The notes beneath the pieces were generated by a model that worked only from the letters and a program-made list of their open reading frames with translations, was not told where the DNA came from and did not search any database. Of a stretch of DNA of 35,201 bases, positions 11,426 through 22,006 are shown piece by piece. Source of the stretch: Octopus bimaculoides. Taxonomy: Eukaryota. The stretch spans positions 9,085,451-9,120,651 of the forward strand of contig NC_069005.1 of assembly GCF_001194135.2 (NCBI RefSeq). Direction: 5' to 3'. Positions within the stretch are counted from its first letter, which is position 1. The number at the start of each line of letters is the position of its first letter. Made by a program: the position numbers and the translations under genes.

Positions 11426-11820
11426 TAGGTGCAGTTGTGGCTGTGTGGTAAGTATCTTGCTTCCCAACCACATGGTTCTGTGTTCAGTCTCACTATGTGG
11501 CACCTTGGGCAAATGTCTTCTACTATAGCTTCAGGCCGACCAAAGACTTGTGAATGAATTTGGTAGACAGAAACTGAAAGAAGCCCATCATTTATATATA
11601 TATATGTGTGTGTGTTTGTGTGTCTGTGTTTGTCCCCAACCATCACTTGACAACTGATGTTGGTATGTTTATGTCTACGAAACTTAGGGGTTTGGCAAAA
11701 GAGATCGAAATAAGTACTAGGCTTACAAAGAATAAGTCCTGGGGCTGATTTGTTTGACTAAAGGCTGTGCTCCAACATGGCCACAGTCAAATGAATGAAA
11801 CGAATAAAAGAATAAAAGAA
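11426..11820 (+). mobile_element. SINE family A, full copy
   Basis: Colinear with 3717-4107; (GAATAAAA)n tail. Confidence 0.9.
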
Positions 11821-11858
11821 TGTATATATATATAATATGCATATATACATACATACAT

Positions 11859-12026
<168 letters not shown>

Positions 12027-12182
12027 GTGTGTGTGTGTGTGTGTGTGTGCACAATATTTGACAGAAGCATGTATACACTAACAACATTGTACATACGACC
12101 ATCCACATATAATGTCATCCCCATACTATTTCTAGCAACTGTAAATGGAGCAGAGCTTCAAACGGCTTGTGATCATAATCTT

Positions 12183-12222
12183 CTGACGAAGGGATTTTAT
12201 TCCCGAAATATTTGGGCAGATA
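12183..12222 (+). ncRNA. Partial hammerhead-like core
   Basis: CUGACGA-A-GGGA[UUUUAU]UCCC-GAAA followed by hairpin UAUUUG-GG-CAGAUA; no in-register UH triplet or helix I. Confidence 0.3.
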
Positions 12223-12934
12223 AATGAAAGAAATGGTATCATGCTAACAAATTCAGTGCTTTCAATATTTCAAAATTTATTGTCCATTTTGCATTTTTGT
12301 AGCCTTCAAATAACACACTACTTTGAAATAAAAGAAAGAAATATGGGGAAGAAATGAAGAGAAGGGGGCAGTCAAAAGATAAGGAAAGAGGGATAGATGA
12401 AGGTGGAAAGAAAAGGAATGACGGAGAGGAGTCTACAAAGGGCTGAGTACCGGAAACAGCAAGGAAGGAATGGGTATTGTATGTGTGTGTGTGTATGTGT
12501 GTGTGTGCGTGTGTGTGCATGTGTGTGTTAATTTGGGGGTTTTCATTTTAAAGAACTTTTAAAAAATAAAAACAGATCATGTTCTGGTGAGGGGGTTCTT
12601 GAGACTGAAAGTAGACGCACATCTATAGATTTATAATAAAATAAGTTTTGATTGGGACTTTGAGTTTTAACTGACGGCTCATTCAACCAGTCATTGAATA
12701 CGCAATCAGGTGAAACAAGAAGTTGCATCAAAAACTAATTTAAAAAAGAATATATATACAGATATATATATACATACGCACACCTGTATGTATGTGTAGA
12801 TGTGTGCATACACTTTCTTCGAAAATTAATACACAAATATATATACACATACAATCATTTACACATACATACATACATGCATATATGCATGTACATATAC
12901 ATACATATGTTTATATATATATATATATACACAC

Positions 12935-12970
<36 letters not shown>

Positions 12971-13920
12971 NNNNNNNNNNNNNNNNNNNNNNNNNNNNNN
13001 NNNNNNNNNNNNNNNNNNNNNNNNNNNNNNNNNNNNNNNNNNNNNNNNNNNNNNNNNNNNNNNNNNNNNNNNNNNNNNNNNNNNNNNNNNNNNNNNNNNN
13101 NNNNNNNNNNNNNNNNNNNNNNNNNNNNNNNNNNNNNNNNNNNNNNNNNNNNNNNNNNNNNNNNNNNNNNNNNNNNNNNNNNNNNNNNNNNNNNNNNNNN
13201 NNNNNNNNNNNNNNNNNNNNNNNNNNNNNNNNNNNNNNNNNNNNNNNNNNNNNNNNNNNNNNNNNNNNNNNNNNNNNNNNNNNNNNNNNNNNNNNNNNNN
13301 NNNNNNNNNNNNNNNNNNNNNNNNNNNNNNNNNNNNNNNNNNNNNNNNNNNNNNNNNNNNNNNNNNNNNNNNNNNNNNNNNNNNNNNNNNNNNNNNNNNN
13401 NNNNNNNNNNNNNNNNNNNNNNNNNNNNNNNNNNNNNNNNNNNNNNNNNNNNNNNNNNNNNNNNNNNNNNNNNNNNNNNNNNNNNNNNNNNNNNNNNNNN
13501 NNNNNNNNNNNNNNNNNNNNNNNNNNNNNNNNNNNNNNNNNNNNNNNNNNNNNNNNNNNNNNNNNNNNNNNNNNNNNNNNNNNNNNNNNNNNNNNNNNNN
13601 NNNNNNNNNNNNNNNNNNNNNNNNNNNNNNNNNNNNNNNNNNNNNNNNNNNNNNNNNNNNNNNNNNNNNNNNNNNNNNNNNNNNNNNNNNNNNNNNNNNN
13701 NNNNNNNNNNNNNNNNNNNNNNNNNNNNNNNNNNNNNNNNNNNNNNNNNNNNNNNNNNNNNNNNNNNNNNNNNNNNNNNNNNNNNNNNNNNNNNNNNNNN
13801 NNNNNNNNNNNNNNNNNNNNNNNNNNNNNNNNNNNNNNNNNNNNNNNNNNNNNNNNNNNNNNNNNNNNNNNNNNNNNNNNNNNNNNNNNNNNNNNNNNNN
13901 NNNNNNNNNNNNNNNNNNNN

Positions 13921-13956
<36 letters not shown>

Positions 13957-14574
13957 AGCATACACATATATACATCATCATCTTTTAACGTCTATTTCCC
14001 ATACTGGAGTGTGTGTGTGTGTGTGTGATTTATTTCGAAATTAAGAACTCTACTAATGTGTTAGTCACTACATGTGTGATCCACAGACTGTAACCGTGAC
14101 TTCTTACATAAATAGAATTTAGAATATTAAGAATATTAAGAAAAGTTCAAAAGAATGTTTAAAGTCGTTGGATGAGAAGACAAGTATTATTCTGGTTTGA
14201 AAATACCATGGTGTTCTTGAAATTCGTTTGTATGTTTGCGTCTGTGTGTGTGTGTGTGTGTGTACATGCATATGTGCAAGTTTGTGTTTGTGTGTTTGTG
14301 TGTGTGTGCATTTGCGTGAGTTTCTTTGTGTGTGTGATGAACTGAGGAGACCAAAAATCAGAACTCAATATATCTTTTATCTTTCACTTGTTTCAGTCAC
14401 TAGAGTGTGGCAATGCTGGGGCATCACCCTGGTAGAAAAATATGGAACGCTTCGTGGTGAAGTTTTATAAATAGAATGTGTTGCCCTTCTTTTCCTTCTG
14501 TCGAATAAATCTATCCACAGATACACGTATAGATTGTATGCCTATATCTGTGTGTGTGTGTGGGTGCATGCACA

Positions 14575-14576
<2 letters not shown>

Positions 14577-14607
<31 letters not shown>

Positions 14608-14960
14608 TCAACGTCCATTGTCCATGCTGGCATGGGTGGGTTGGACGGTTTGACTGGGCTTGCACGCTGGAAAGCTGTGCCAGGCCCCAGTCTGATTTTC
14701 CATGGTTTTCTATGGCTGGATGCCCTTTCTAATACCAGCCACTCTAAGTGTGTAATGGGTGCTTTTACGTCTCACTGGCACAGGTGCCATCTGCATGACA
14801 CTTGTATCTGCCATGACTGTGATTTTGCTCGGCTCGATGGGTCTTCTTCTCAAGCATAGCTTAATGCCAAAGGTCTTGGTCATTGCCTCCATGTGGCCCA
14901 ATGCTTGAAAGGAACTTGGCCACTTTGCCTCCATGAGACCCAATGCTTGAAAGGAACATA
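14577..14960 (-). mobile_element. Interspersed repeat family E with (GAT)n tail (probable LINE-related or SINE 3' end)
   Basis: Minus strand ends CCAACCCACCCATGCCAGCATGGACAATGGACGTTGAATGATGATG. Contains a 42-nt-period duplication at 14883/14925. Related pieces at about 17520-17640, 20464-20760, 23420-23495, 25585-25640, 26575-26830. Confidence 0.7.
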
Positions 14961-15055
14961 TATAACTATCGTTTTATCTGTTATCTTTTGCTTGTTTCCA
15001 TCATTGGACAGCGGTCATGGAACTCTGGCTTGAAATGTTTGAGTGAATTTTTTTA

Positions 15056-15228
15056 ATGATGCTGGTGTGTTTACGTACCCGTCATCTAGCGGTTCAGCAA
15101 GAGAGACCAATAGAATAAGTACTAGGCTTATAAAGAATAAGTCCCGGGGTCGATTTGCTCGACTAAAGGCAGTGCTCCAGCATGGCCGCAGTCAAATGAC
15201 TGAAACAAATAAAAGAAAAAAAAAAAGA
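15056..15228 (+). mobile_element. SINE family A, 3' half
   Basis: GATGCTGGTGTGTTTACG...GGGGTCGATTTGCTCGACTAAAGG...TGACTGAAACAA. Confidence 0.85.
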
Positions 15229-15454
15229 TATACATGGGTTTAAGTGAGTTTGTTGGAATATTTCTTTTGTTAGAAGAATCAAAGTACGTGGTGAAGAATA
15301 CGCAGCTATCTTCTAGAAGCTTCTTCTGCTACCTTTTAGCCATTTTGGCATCAAATGAATGCAGAAGCTTTTCAAGTGTGCAGAGAAGTTTCTCAATCTT
15401 CCACAACTTGAAATTGAAATTTACATTTGTATTCAAAATATTTCAGTTTTAGTA

Positions 15455-15600
15455 AATCGAAGTGAGGGCTCATGATCTGGTCGTTGAAGTGTGGCACTCA
15501 CATCATAGTTGCAGTTTCAAATTCCTGAACAGGTTGCTGCATCATGTTTTTTGCTTTACATTGCTCCAGTCGACTCAATGGTAAATTAGTAACTTTGTTG
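15455..15600 (+). mobile_element. Degenerate tRNA-derived SINE head and CORE-like body
   Basis: GTGTGGCACTCAC...GTTTCAAATTCCTG then TTTACATTGCTCCAGTCGACTCAA, similar to 6296-6632 and 8976-9195. Confidence 0.5.
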
Positions 15601-15689
15601 TCGATTTTCACATTACCAATTTGCTGAAGCAGCCACTGGCTCTTATAGTAAGATCTATATACTGCCCAGTAGGATTTGACTTAACTATC

Positions 15690-15760
15690 AGTGATGGAGT
15701 AGTACTACTGATGAGCTTTAATTTCAAGTGAAATTGGTTTGCCAATAGAGTACCCACACT
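15690..15760 (+). ncRNA. Type I hammerhead ribozyme (full-length, bulged helix I)
   Basis: GUACUA-CUGAUGA(15708-14)-GCUU[UAAUUUC]AAGU-GAAA-UUGG[UUUG]CCAA-UA-GAGUAC. AUA cleavage triplet, predicted cut after 15747. Distal helix I (15690-97 with 15754-60) lies beyond an AGUA bulge. Confidence 0.8.
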
Positions 15761-15930
15761 TACTGTGGGGCTGGTTAACTCCCCTGTTAGTACATAGACT
15801 TGTGCTATGTTTGTGGCTATAAAGGTCTTTGATTCTTATCTCTAGCAATGTAGGAGGTGCTACAATGTTCCTCAGTCACTGACAATTGAATTTTTTTTTG
15901 GTTTTATATTGCATCTAACCACCTTCGTTT

Positions 15931-16004
<74 letters not shown>

Positions 16005-16016
16005 TATATATGTAAT

Positions 16017-16110
16017 TCTTAAAGAGGACAACAAACATTAAGGCAAGGCAAACATCTCAAGTCGTATACGTTATTATTATTGGAAAAAGTTCAGAGTCTT
16101 ACAGCTGTTT
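16017..16110 (-). mobile_element. Inverted partial copy of the Penelope-type terminal repeat (3' half of the hammerhead plus downstream sequence)
   Basis: Reverse complement of 16095-16110 is AAACAGCTGTAAGACT, matching the helix III/cleavage segment at 16263-16276 and 32927-32942; the CUGANGA half is absent. Confidence 0.55.
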
Positions 16111-16216
16111 ATGCTTCTTTTTTCTTCTTTCTTTCCATCTCCTTATTTTTTTACTCTCTTCCTCTATATTGTCATCTCATTAATATATACCACTCTCATT
16201 TTTTCTATTTTTTCCC

Positions 16217-16282
16217 TTTTTGTCTCTGATGACGGAATATCCCATACTTGGGGATATCCCAGAAACAGCTGTAAGATATAAA
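16217..16282 (+). ncRNA. Minimal type I hammerhead ribozyme, Penelope-type
   Basis: UUUUUGUCU-CUGAUGA(16226-32)-C-GGAAUAUCCC[AUACUUG]GGGAUAUCCC-A-GAAA-CAGCUG-UA-AGAUAUAAA. Palindromic helix III ACAGCUGU, GUA triplet, predicted cut after 16273; helix I 8/9 paired. Confidence 0.8.
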
Positions 16283-16289
16283 CATATAT

Positions 16290-16455
16290 ACAATAGGCTT
16301 TTTTCAGTTTCTATCAACCAAATCCACTCACAAGGCTTTGGTTGGCCTGAGGCTATGGTAGAAGACACTTGTCCAAGGTGCCAGGCAGTGGGACTGAACC
16401 TGAGACCATGTGATTGAGAAATAACCTTCATACCGTGCAGCCACACCTGCACATA
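16290..16455 (-). mobile_element. SINE family A, 5' half
   Basis: Reverse complement matches head and body (AAATCCACTCACAAGGCTTTGG, GAAGACACTTGTCCAAGGTGCC). Confidence 0.85.
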
Positions 16456-16758
16456 TATGGCTAAGCTTGCACCTATATAGCCATACCTGTGCCTATATGT
16501 ATATGAGTTATTAATGAGTTGAACAAAGAATTTAGCTTGCTGTCTGGTGACTATCTATAGGTCTGCCACAAAAATGACAGAATCGTATTTCAAAACATGT
16601 GAAAAGTTGGAGTGCCTAGTTCATCAAACTACTTAATTATTGTAGGTTTAAACTGAGTTTAATGCTTGTCAATTAAGACTAGGCCAACTGGTAGTTAATG
16701 AGAACTTTAACGTGTTTTGCGATCATAGTCTAGCTGTTCACTCTTTTTCTGTCCACAG

Positions 16759-16799
16759 GGAAATTAAATAAATATGACAGATGTTTCCAACTATCCAAT
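16759..16799 (+). other. Possible 41-nt internal exon of an unidentified host transcript
   Basis: Strong acceptor CACTCTTTTTCTGTCCACAG|G and donor AAT|GTATGT; one frame open (KLNKYDRCFQLSN); product not recognised. Confidence 0.3.
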
Positions 16800-16938
16800 G
16801 TATGTAATTAGTTTTGATTTAATTAATTTGAATGTGCAGCGTTGACCAAAGTCTAAGGATTGATCACAGAGTAAAGTTCAGTATAAAAGACGTGGTACAG
16901 ATGCTTCAGTAGTGTATGTTTGTGTGTGTTTGTGTCTA

Positions 16939-17157
16939 TGATTAGCTGCTGAAAAGTTCCTGGGTTTGAAAGTATCATGAAAAGCCTGGTTGGAGACCCA
17001 ACAATCTGAGTTCCTTTGCAAGACTTAAAAAAACTGAAGGACTGCTGCAATAAGTGTGTAAATCTGAGAGAGGAATATGTTAAACAAAATTGTAATCAAT
17101 TAATCCTACTGTATTTTCTTTTACCCAAAGCCAGGAACTTTTCAGCCTCACCCACCT
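16939..17157 (+). mobile_element. Internally deleted mariner element retaining the transposase C-terminus
   Basis: Perfect 16-bp inverted repeat GCTGAAAAGTTCCTGG at 16948-63 and 17131-46; TA flanks; internal LKKLKDCCNKCVNLREEYVK resembles the mariner end motif L..RW.KC....G.YVE. Confidence 0.8.
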
Positions 17158-17163
17158 TAGATG

Positions 17164-17197
<34 letters not shown>

Positions 17198-17649
17198 GGA
17201 AAATGAAAAATAATAATAATAAGGCAGAATGCTAAACTGAAAACATATTTCAATATATATGTGTATAAGGAGGATTAAAAAGTATTTCTAACTGGCTTTT
17301 ATTGCATGGCAAATTTTCAAGAAGAGGGAGAATGAAAATGTTTTTACAAAAAAATAAAATATAATATATAAAAAAATATAAATATACCAATACATTATAT
17401 TGTCTTTGAGTTTTTAAAGTTCAATGGTAATCCATGTAAATAATTGTTAGAAAGATTAGGATGCATGGAATTAAGAGTTGTGTTGTGTTTTAAAAGCAGG
17501 GGTTGAAAGTTTATGTGTTAAGCAGGAAGTGTGGACGATTTGACTGAGGACTGATGAGCCAGATGGCTGCACTTGGCTCCACTCTGATCTGGCAGAGTTT
17601 CTACAGCTGGATGCCCTTCTTAATGCCAACCACTGCATGCCTATATATG

Positions 17650-17885
17650 TATATCTATATCTTTGTGTCTGTATTGTCCCCCCTCCCCACCACCACCATT
17701 TGACAACTGGTGTTGGTGTGTTTATGTCCCTATAACTTAGTGGTTTGGCAAACCAAACTAATAGAATAAGTACCAAGCTTTAAAAACAAAAAGGCACTGG
17801 GGTTTGATACATTCAACTAACATTTGTACAAGGTGGTGCTGCAGCATGGCTGCAGTTTAACGACTGAAACACACAAAAGATAAAA
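17650..17885 (+). mobile_element. SINE family A, 3' half
   Basis: TTTGACAACTGGTGTTGGTGTGTTTATGTCCC...CAGCATGGCTGCAGTTTAACGACTGAAAC. Confidence 0.8.
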
Positions 17886-18051
17886 GTTATACGATCCTGT
17901 TAAGAAGCTTGACATCTGGTTTGGGAAGGATTTACAATCAGGGTGGCCAGTCTCACCCAGAAAAGGGCCGTGCAGTTTCTTGCTCCAAAAGGTTGGAGCA
18001 GACGTGGCGAAGAACATATATGTCTTTTCTGACAAATATTACCTGACCTTT

Positions 18052-18447
18052 GTGGAGGCGCAATGGCCCAATGGTTAGGGCAGCAGACTCGCGGTCACAG
18101 GATCGCAGTTTCGATTCCCAGACCGGGCGTTGTAAGTGTTTATTGAGTGAAAACACCTAAAAGCTCCACGAGGCTCTGGCAGGGGATGGTGGCGAACCCT
18201 GCTGTACTCTTCCACCACAACTTTCTCTCATTCTTTCTTCCTGTTTCTGTTGTGCCTGTAATTCAAAGGGTCAGCCTTGTCACACTCTGTGTCACGCTGA
18301 ATATCTCCAAGAACTACGTTAAAGGTACACATGTCTGTGGAGTGCTCAGCCACTTGCACGTTAATTTCACGAGCAGGCTGTTCCGTTGATCGGATCAACT
18401 GGAACCCTCGACGATGTAAGCGACAGAGTGCCAACAACAACAACAAC
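18052..18447 (+). mobile_element. tRNA-derived SINE, family B, with 11-bp target-site duplication
   Basis: Head GGAGGCGCAATGGCCCAATGGTTAGGGC...TTTCGATTCCC; (CAA)n tail; TACCTGACCTT at 18040-50 and 18449-59. Confidence 0.9.
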
Positions 18448-19025
18448 GTACCTGACCTTCATGTCCTGCCCCTTGTTTTCATCACTTTGGATTGGAAAAT
18501 ATGGTCTTTTTTTTTCACTTGTTGTGGAAGAGATATGTTCTGTTGTCCAGGAGGTGAATTTGCTGCATCTAAGACCCTTTTTTTTTTGCACAGCGAGAGA
18601 ACGATTAAATGAGAATAAAACAGGAGATTGGTTTGTGTAGGAAAGCAGAAATGCGTGCAGAATAAATCTTACTCTTAGATGTTGTACGCATTGTAGTGGT
18701 GGTGGTGGTGGTGAAGATGGTTTTGGTGATGTTGGTGGCGGTGTTGGTGGTGGTGATGGAGATAGCAAAATGATGTGAGAAAAATCTGAAAGTGATGCAG
18801 ATATCTGCTAACTAATGCAGGTAGGGGATAAGGAAGAGGGAAGTGGTAGATGCATGCACAGTTTATTGGGGGTTGGTGAAGAGTATGGTGATGATGACGA
18901 TGATGATGATGATGACGACAGACATAAATGACGACAGTGAGGATGATGATGATGATGGTGATGATCTGTCGCCCTTTTAATAATACATACAAACAATTTG
19001 TTCGACTACTTCCAATATATATGAG

Positions 19026-19123
<98 letters not shown>

Positions 19124-19384
19124 CACATTCTCTCTCTCTCTCTCTCACACACACACACTTCTTTATTGTAATTGGAGATAAGAATCTATATAGTGTACAA
19201 GTGTATGTATAGATGTATTTAGGTAGATAGTGTATGTCTCTACACAAAACAAACACACTCATATATACATACATATATATATATATATTTATGTGTGTGT
19301 GTGTGTGCATGTAAATGTATGTCACTGCGAATGTGTAAGTATATATATATATTTATATATATATATATATATACATACACACAT

Positions 19385-19431
<47 letters not shown>

Positions 19432-19435
19432 CACA

Positions 19436-19501
<66 letters not shown>

Positions 19502-19589
19502 CATATATGTATGTACACAAAAAAACTTCATTTCATTCTCCTTTTGTTCTTTAGTTTGTTTTTTTTTTGTCTTCTACTGCAACCAATTA

Positions 19590-19980
19590 GCTCCAGTTAG
19601 CCATGGCCCGCTGTGTTTCCAAACCTTCTTTCTATTCCTCACTACCTTCCTTGCCTTGGAACCAGAGAAAAGTCCGGAACTATCAGTAATAAAATGTGCG
19701 GGAGGTTAAACTTTATTCTTTAAATATTCATGAGAAAACAATTCTCGAGTCTGGCGTCCCTCCGAGTAAATTCATCACCGTTATTGAATAGACGAACATG
19801 GCCAGGGAGCATATATAATTCAATTAGGCCGCTTAGCACAGACCTCAACCAGTTCTGATTAGCTCGTTAGATCGTCAATGAACTTGTCGTTAATGACACG
19901 ACTTGGTGGGCAAGTGGAGTTTCCATTAATAATGATAGAGAAGAAGAATAAATAAATCAAAAACTCTCAACTTTGTTCAG
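19590..19980. promoter_or_regulatory. Candidate cis-regulatory / conserved non-coding element
   Basis: Unique, repeat-free sequence; 10 CpG in 19741-19920; several TAAT/ATTA cores; CCAAT near 19583. Confidence 0.3.
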
Positions 19981-20189
19981 TGCTGGTTGTTCAAATCCAG
20001 CTGGAGTAGTGAAGGAAAATCACAGAAAGATTTTTTTTAAGGATGAAGTTACCCTCCTCTTCCTCCTCCTCTTCCTCTACAACAACAACAACCGTAGCCA
20101 CACAGTCACAATTACACGTGTACGATGATGATGATGACATCTGTGTGTGTGTGTGTGTGTGTGTGTGTACGCATGAGCGCGCGTATGTT

Positions 20190-20362
20190 ATGTGTCTTTG
20201 CGTCTGTGATTGTCCACCTAACTGCTTGACAGCTGGTGTTGGTTTGTTCGTGACCCAGTGACTTAGCAGTTTGTTAAAGTAGACCAAAACAATAAGTACC
20301 TGACTCGAAGATGGTGCTCCAGCATTGTCACAGTCCACCACCTGAAACAAGTAAAAGACGAA

Positions 20363-20365
<3 letters not shown>
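20190..20365 (+). mobile_element. SINE family A, 3' half with internal deletion
   Basis: GCTTGACAGCTGGTGTTGG...GGTGCTCCAGCATTGTCACAGTC...TGAAACAAGTAAAAGA. Confidence 0.75.
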
Positions 20366-20413
<48 letters not shown>

Positions 20414-20463
20414 CACACATATATATATGTCTGTGTGTGAGTGTGTGTGTATGTATAAATGTA

Positions 20464-20760
20464 TCATCATCATCATCATCATCATTGTCAAACTCTGCTT
20501 TCCATGCTGGCATGGGTTGGATGGCTTGAGAGGAACGAGTACGGCCAGGGGCTGCACAAGGTTTCATATTCTGCTTCTGGCTTGATTTCAATAGCTGGAT
20601 GCCCTTCCAAGCACCAACCACTTCATGGAGTGTACTGAGTGTTTTTTATGTGGCACCAGTGCATTTAATGTAGCACCAGCACCAGTGCATTTTATGTGAC
20701 ACCAGCATCAGTGCTTTTTATCTGGCACCAGCACCAGTGCTTTTTACATGGCACCTTGGA
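20464..20760 (-). mobile_element. Family E copy carrying a 26-nt minisatellite
   Basis: (CAT)n then TTTCCATGCTGGCATGGGTTGGA...GCTGGATGCCCTTCC; GCACCAGTGC recurs at 20653, 20679, 20705 (variant GCATCAGTGC) and 20731. Confidence 0.7.
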
Positions 20761-21348
20761 TTGCGTATGCATGTATTTCTGTGTGCAGTTCAACAGACAT
20801 CACTTGATGGTTGTAAATGAGTAACATTGTCATATAATGAGGTGGTTTGTTTCCTGCCTTCTGTGAAAAAAACATAGCTACATGTTTGGCTGTGGGAGAC
20901 CAACCATCTGTGAAGGTTGCTAAGCAAGAAATTGCTGAACCGTCTTTCTCAGGCTCGGAATCAGAGTTTCAACATCTGGAAAGGCGAGAATTTATGAGAT
21001 CACTTTTCATGGCCAGCGAGCTTCTTATACATGGCTGCATGATAGCACATAATGGATTATTAATACTGATACCAATTACTAATATTCTGTTGGGTCAGTG
21101 TACATGTGAAAGGATGTCCAGCCAAGTGCATTAATAGACTTCAACGTAAGACAAAAGCGAAGCGGCATAGTGATAACCGAAGAAGGATTTTGCTGCTAGT
21201 AATACTAGCAATATCCACTGTCTGTTCATCAATCAATACACATGCATGTACACACTCACAAACATGCACGCACACACACGCGCGTGCACACACATGTATA
21301 TATAAAGTGTATGAATGTGTCGTGTGTGTGCAAATATATATACTCTCT

Positions 21349-21766
21349 CTCTTTTACTCTTTTTCTTGTTTCAGCGATTTGACTGCAGCCATGCTGGAGC
21401 ACCACCTTTAGTCGAGCAAATCGACCCCAGGACTTATTCTTTATAAGTCCAGTACTTATTCTATTGCTCTATTTTGCCGACCCGTTAAGTTACAGGGACG
21501 TAAACACACTAGCATCGGTTGTCAAGCGATGTTTGGGGGACAAACACAGCCACACAAACACACACACACACACACACATATATATACATATACATATATA
21601 TGACAGGCTTCTTTCAGTTTCCATCTACCAAATCCACTCACAAGGCTTTGGTCAGCCTGAGGCTATAGTATAAGACACTTGCCCAAGGTGCCACGCAGTG
21701 GGACTGAACCCGGAAGCATGTGGTTGGTAAGGAAGCTACTTACCACACAGCCACTCCTGCGCCTAT
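21349..21766 (-). mobile_element. SINE family A, full copy
   Basis: Reverse complement is colinear with 3717-4107. Confidence 0.9.
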
Positions 21767-21813
21767 ACATGTAAAATATTTCTATGTAATGAATGTACAT
21801 ATATAATGTGTGT

Positions 21814-21967
21814 CTGTGGTAAGTAGCATGCTTACCGACCACATGGTTCCGGGTTCAGTCCCACTGCGTGGCACCTTGGGAAAGTGTCTTCTACTATAGC
21901 CTCGGGTCGACCAAAGCCTTGTGACTGGATTTGGTAGACGGAAACTGAAAGAAGCCCGTCGTATATA

Positions 21968-22006
<39 letters not shown>

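Noticed and set aside
15234-15452. 72-aa ORF and a near-open minus-strand frame (LWKIEKLLCTLEKLL...)
   Set aside because: No recognisable family; splice sites and frames do not give a consistent exon.
17544-17575. CTGATGA followed by hairpin GCCA/TGGC
   Set aside because: No GAAA follows; part of repeat family E.
18054-18130. tRNA-like sequence (also 29681-29755, 8980-9050, 6560-6630)
   Set aside because: SINE heads: they continue into shared SINE bodies and lack a complete cloverleaf and acceptor stem.
20847-21411. ORFs of 95 and 101 aa
   Set aside because: They start or end in repeat and microsatellite sequence, with no motif or codon-level support.
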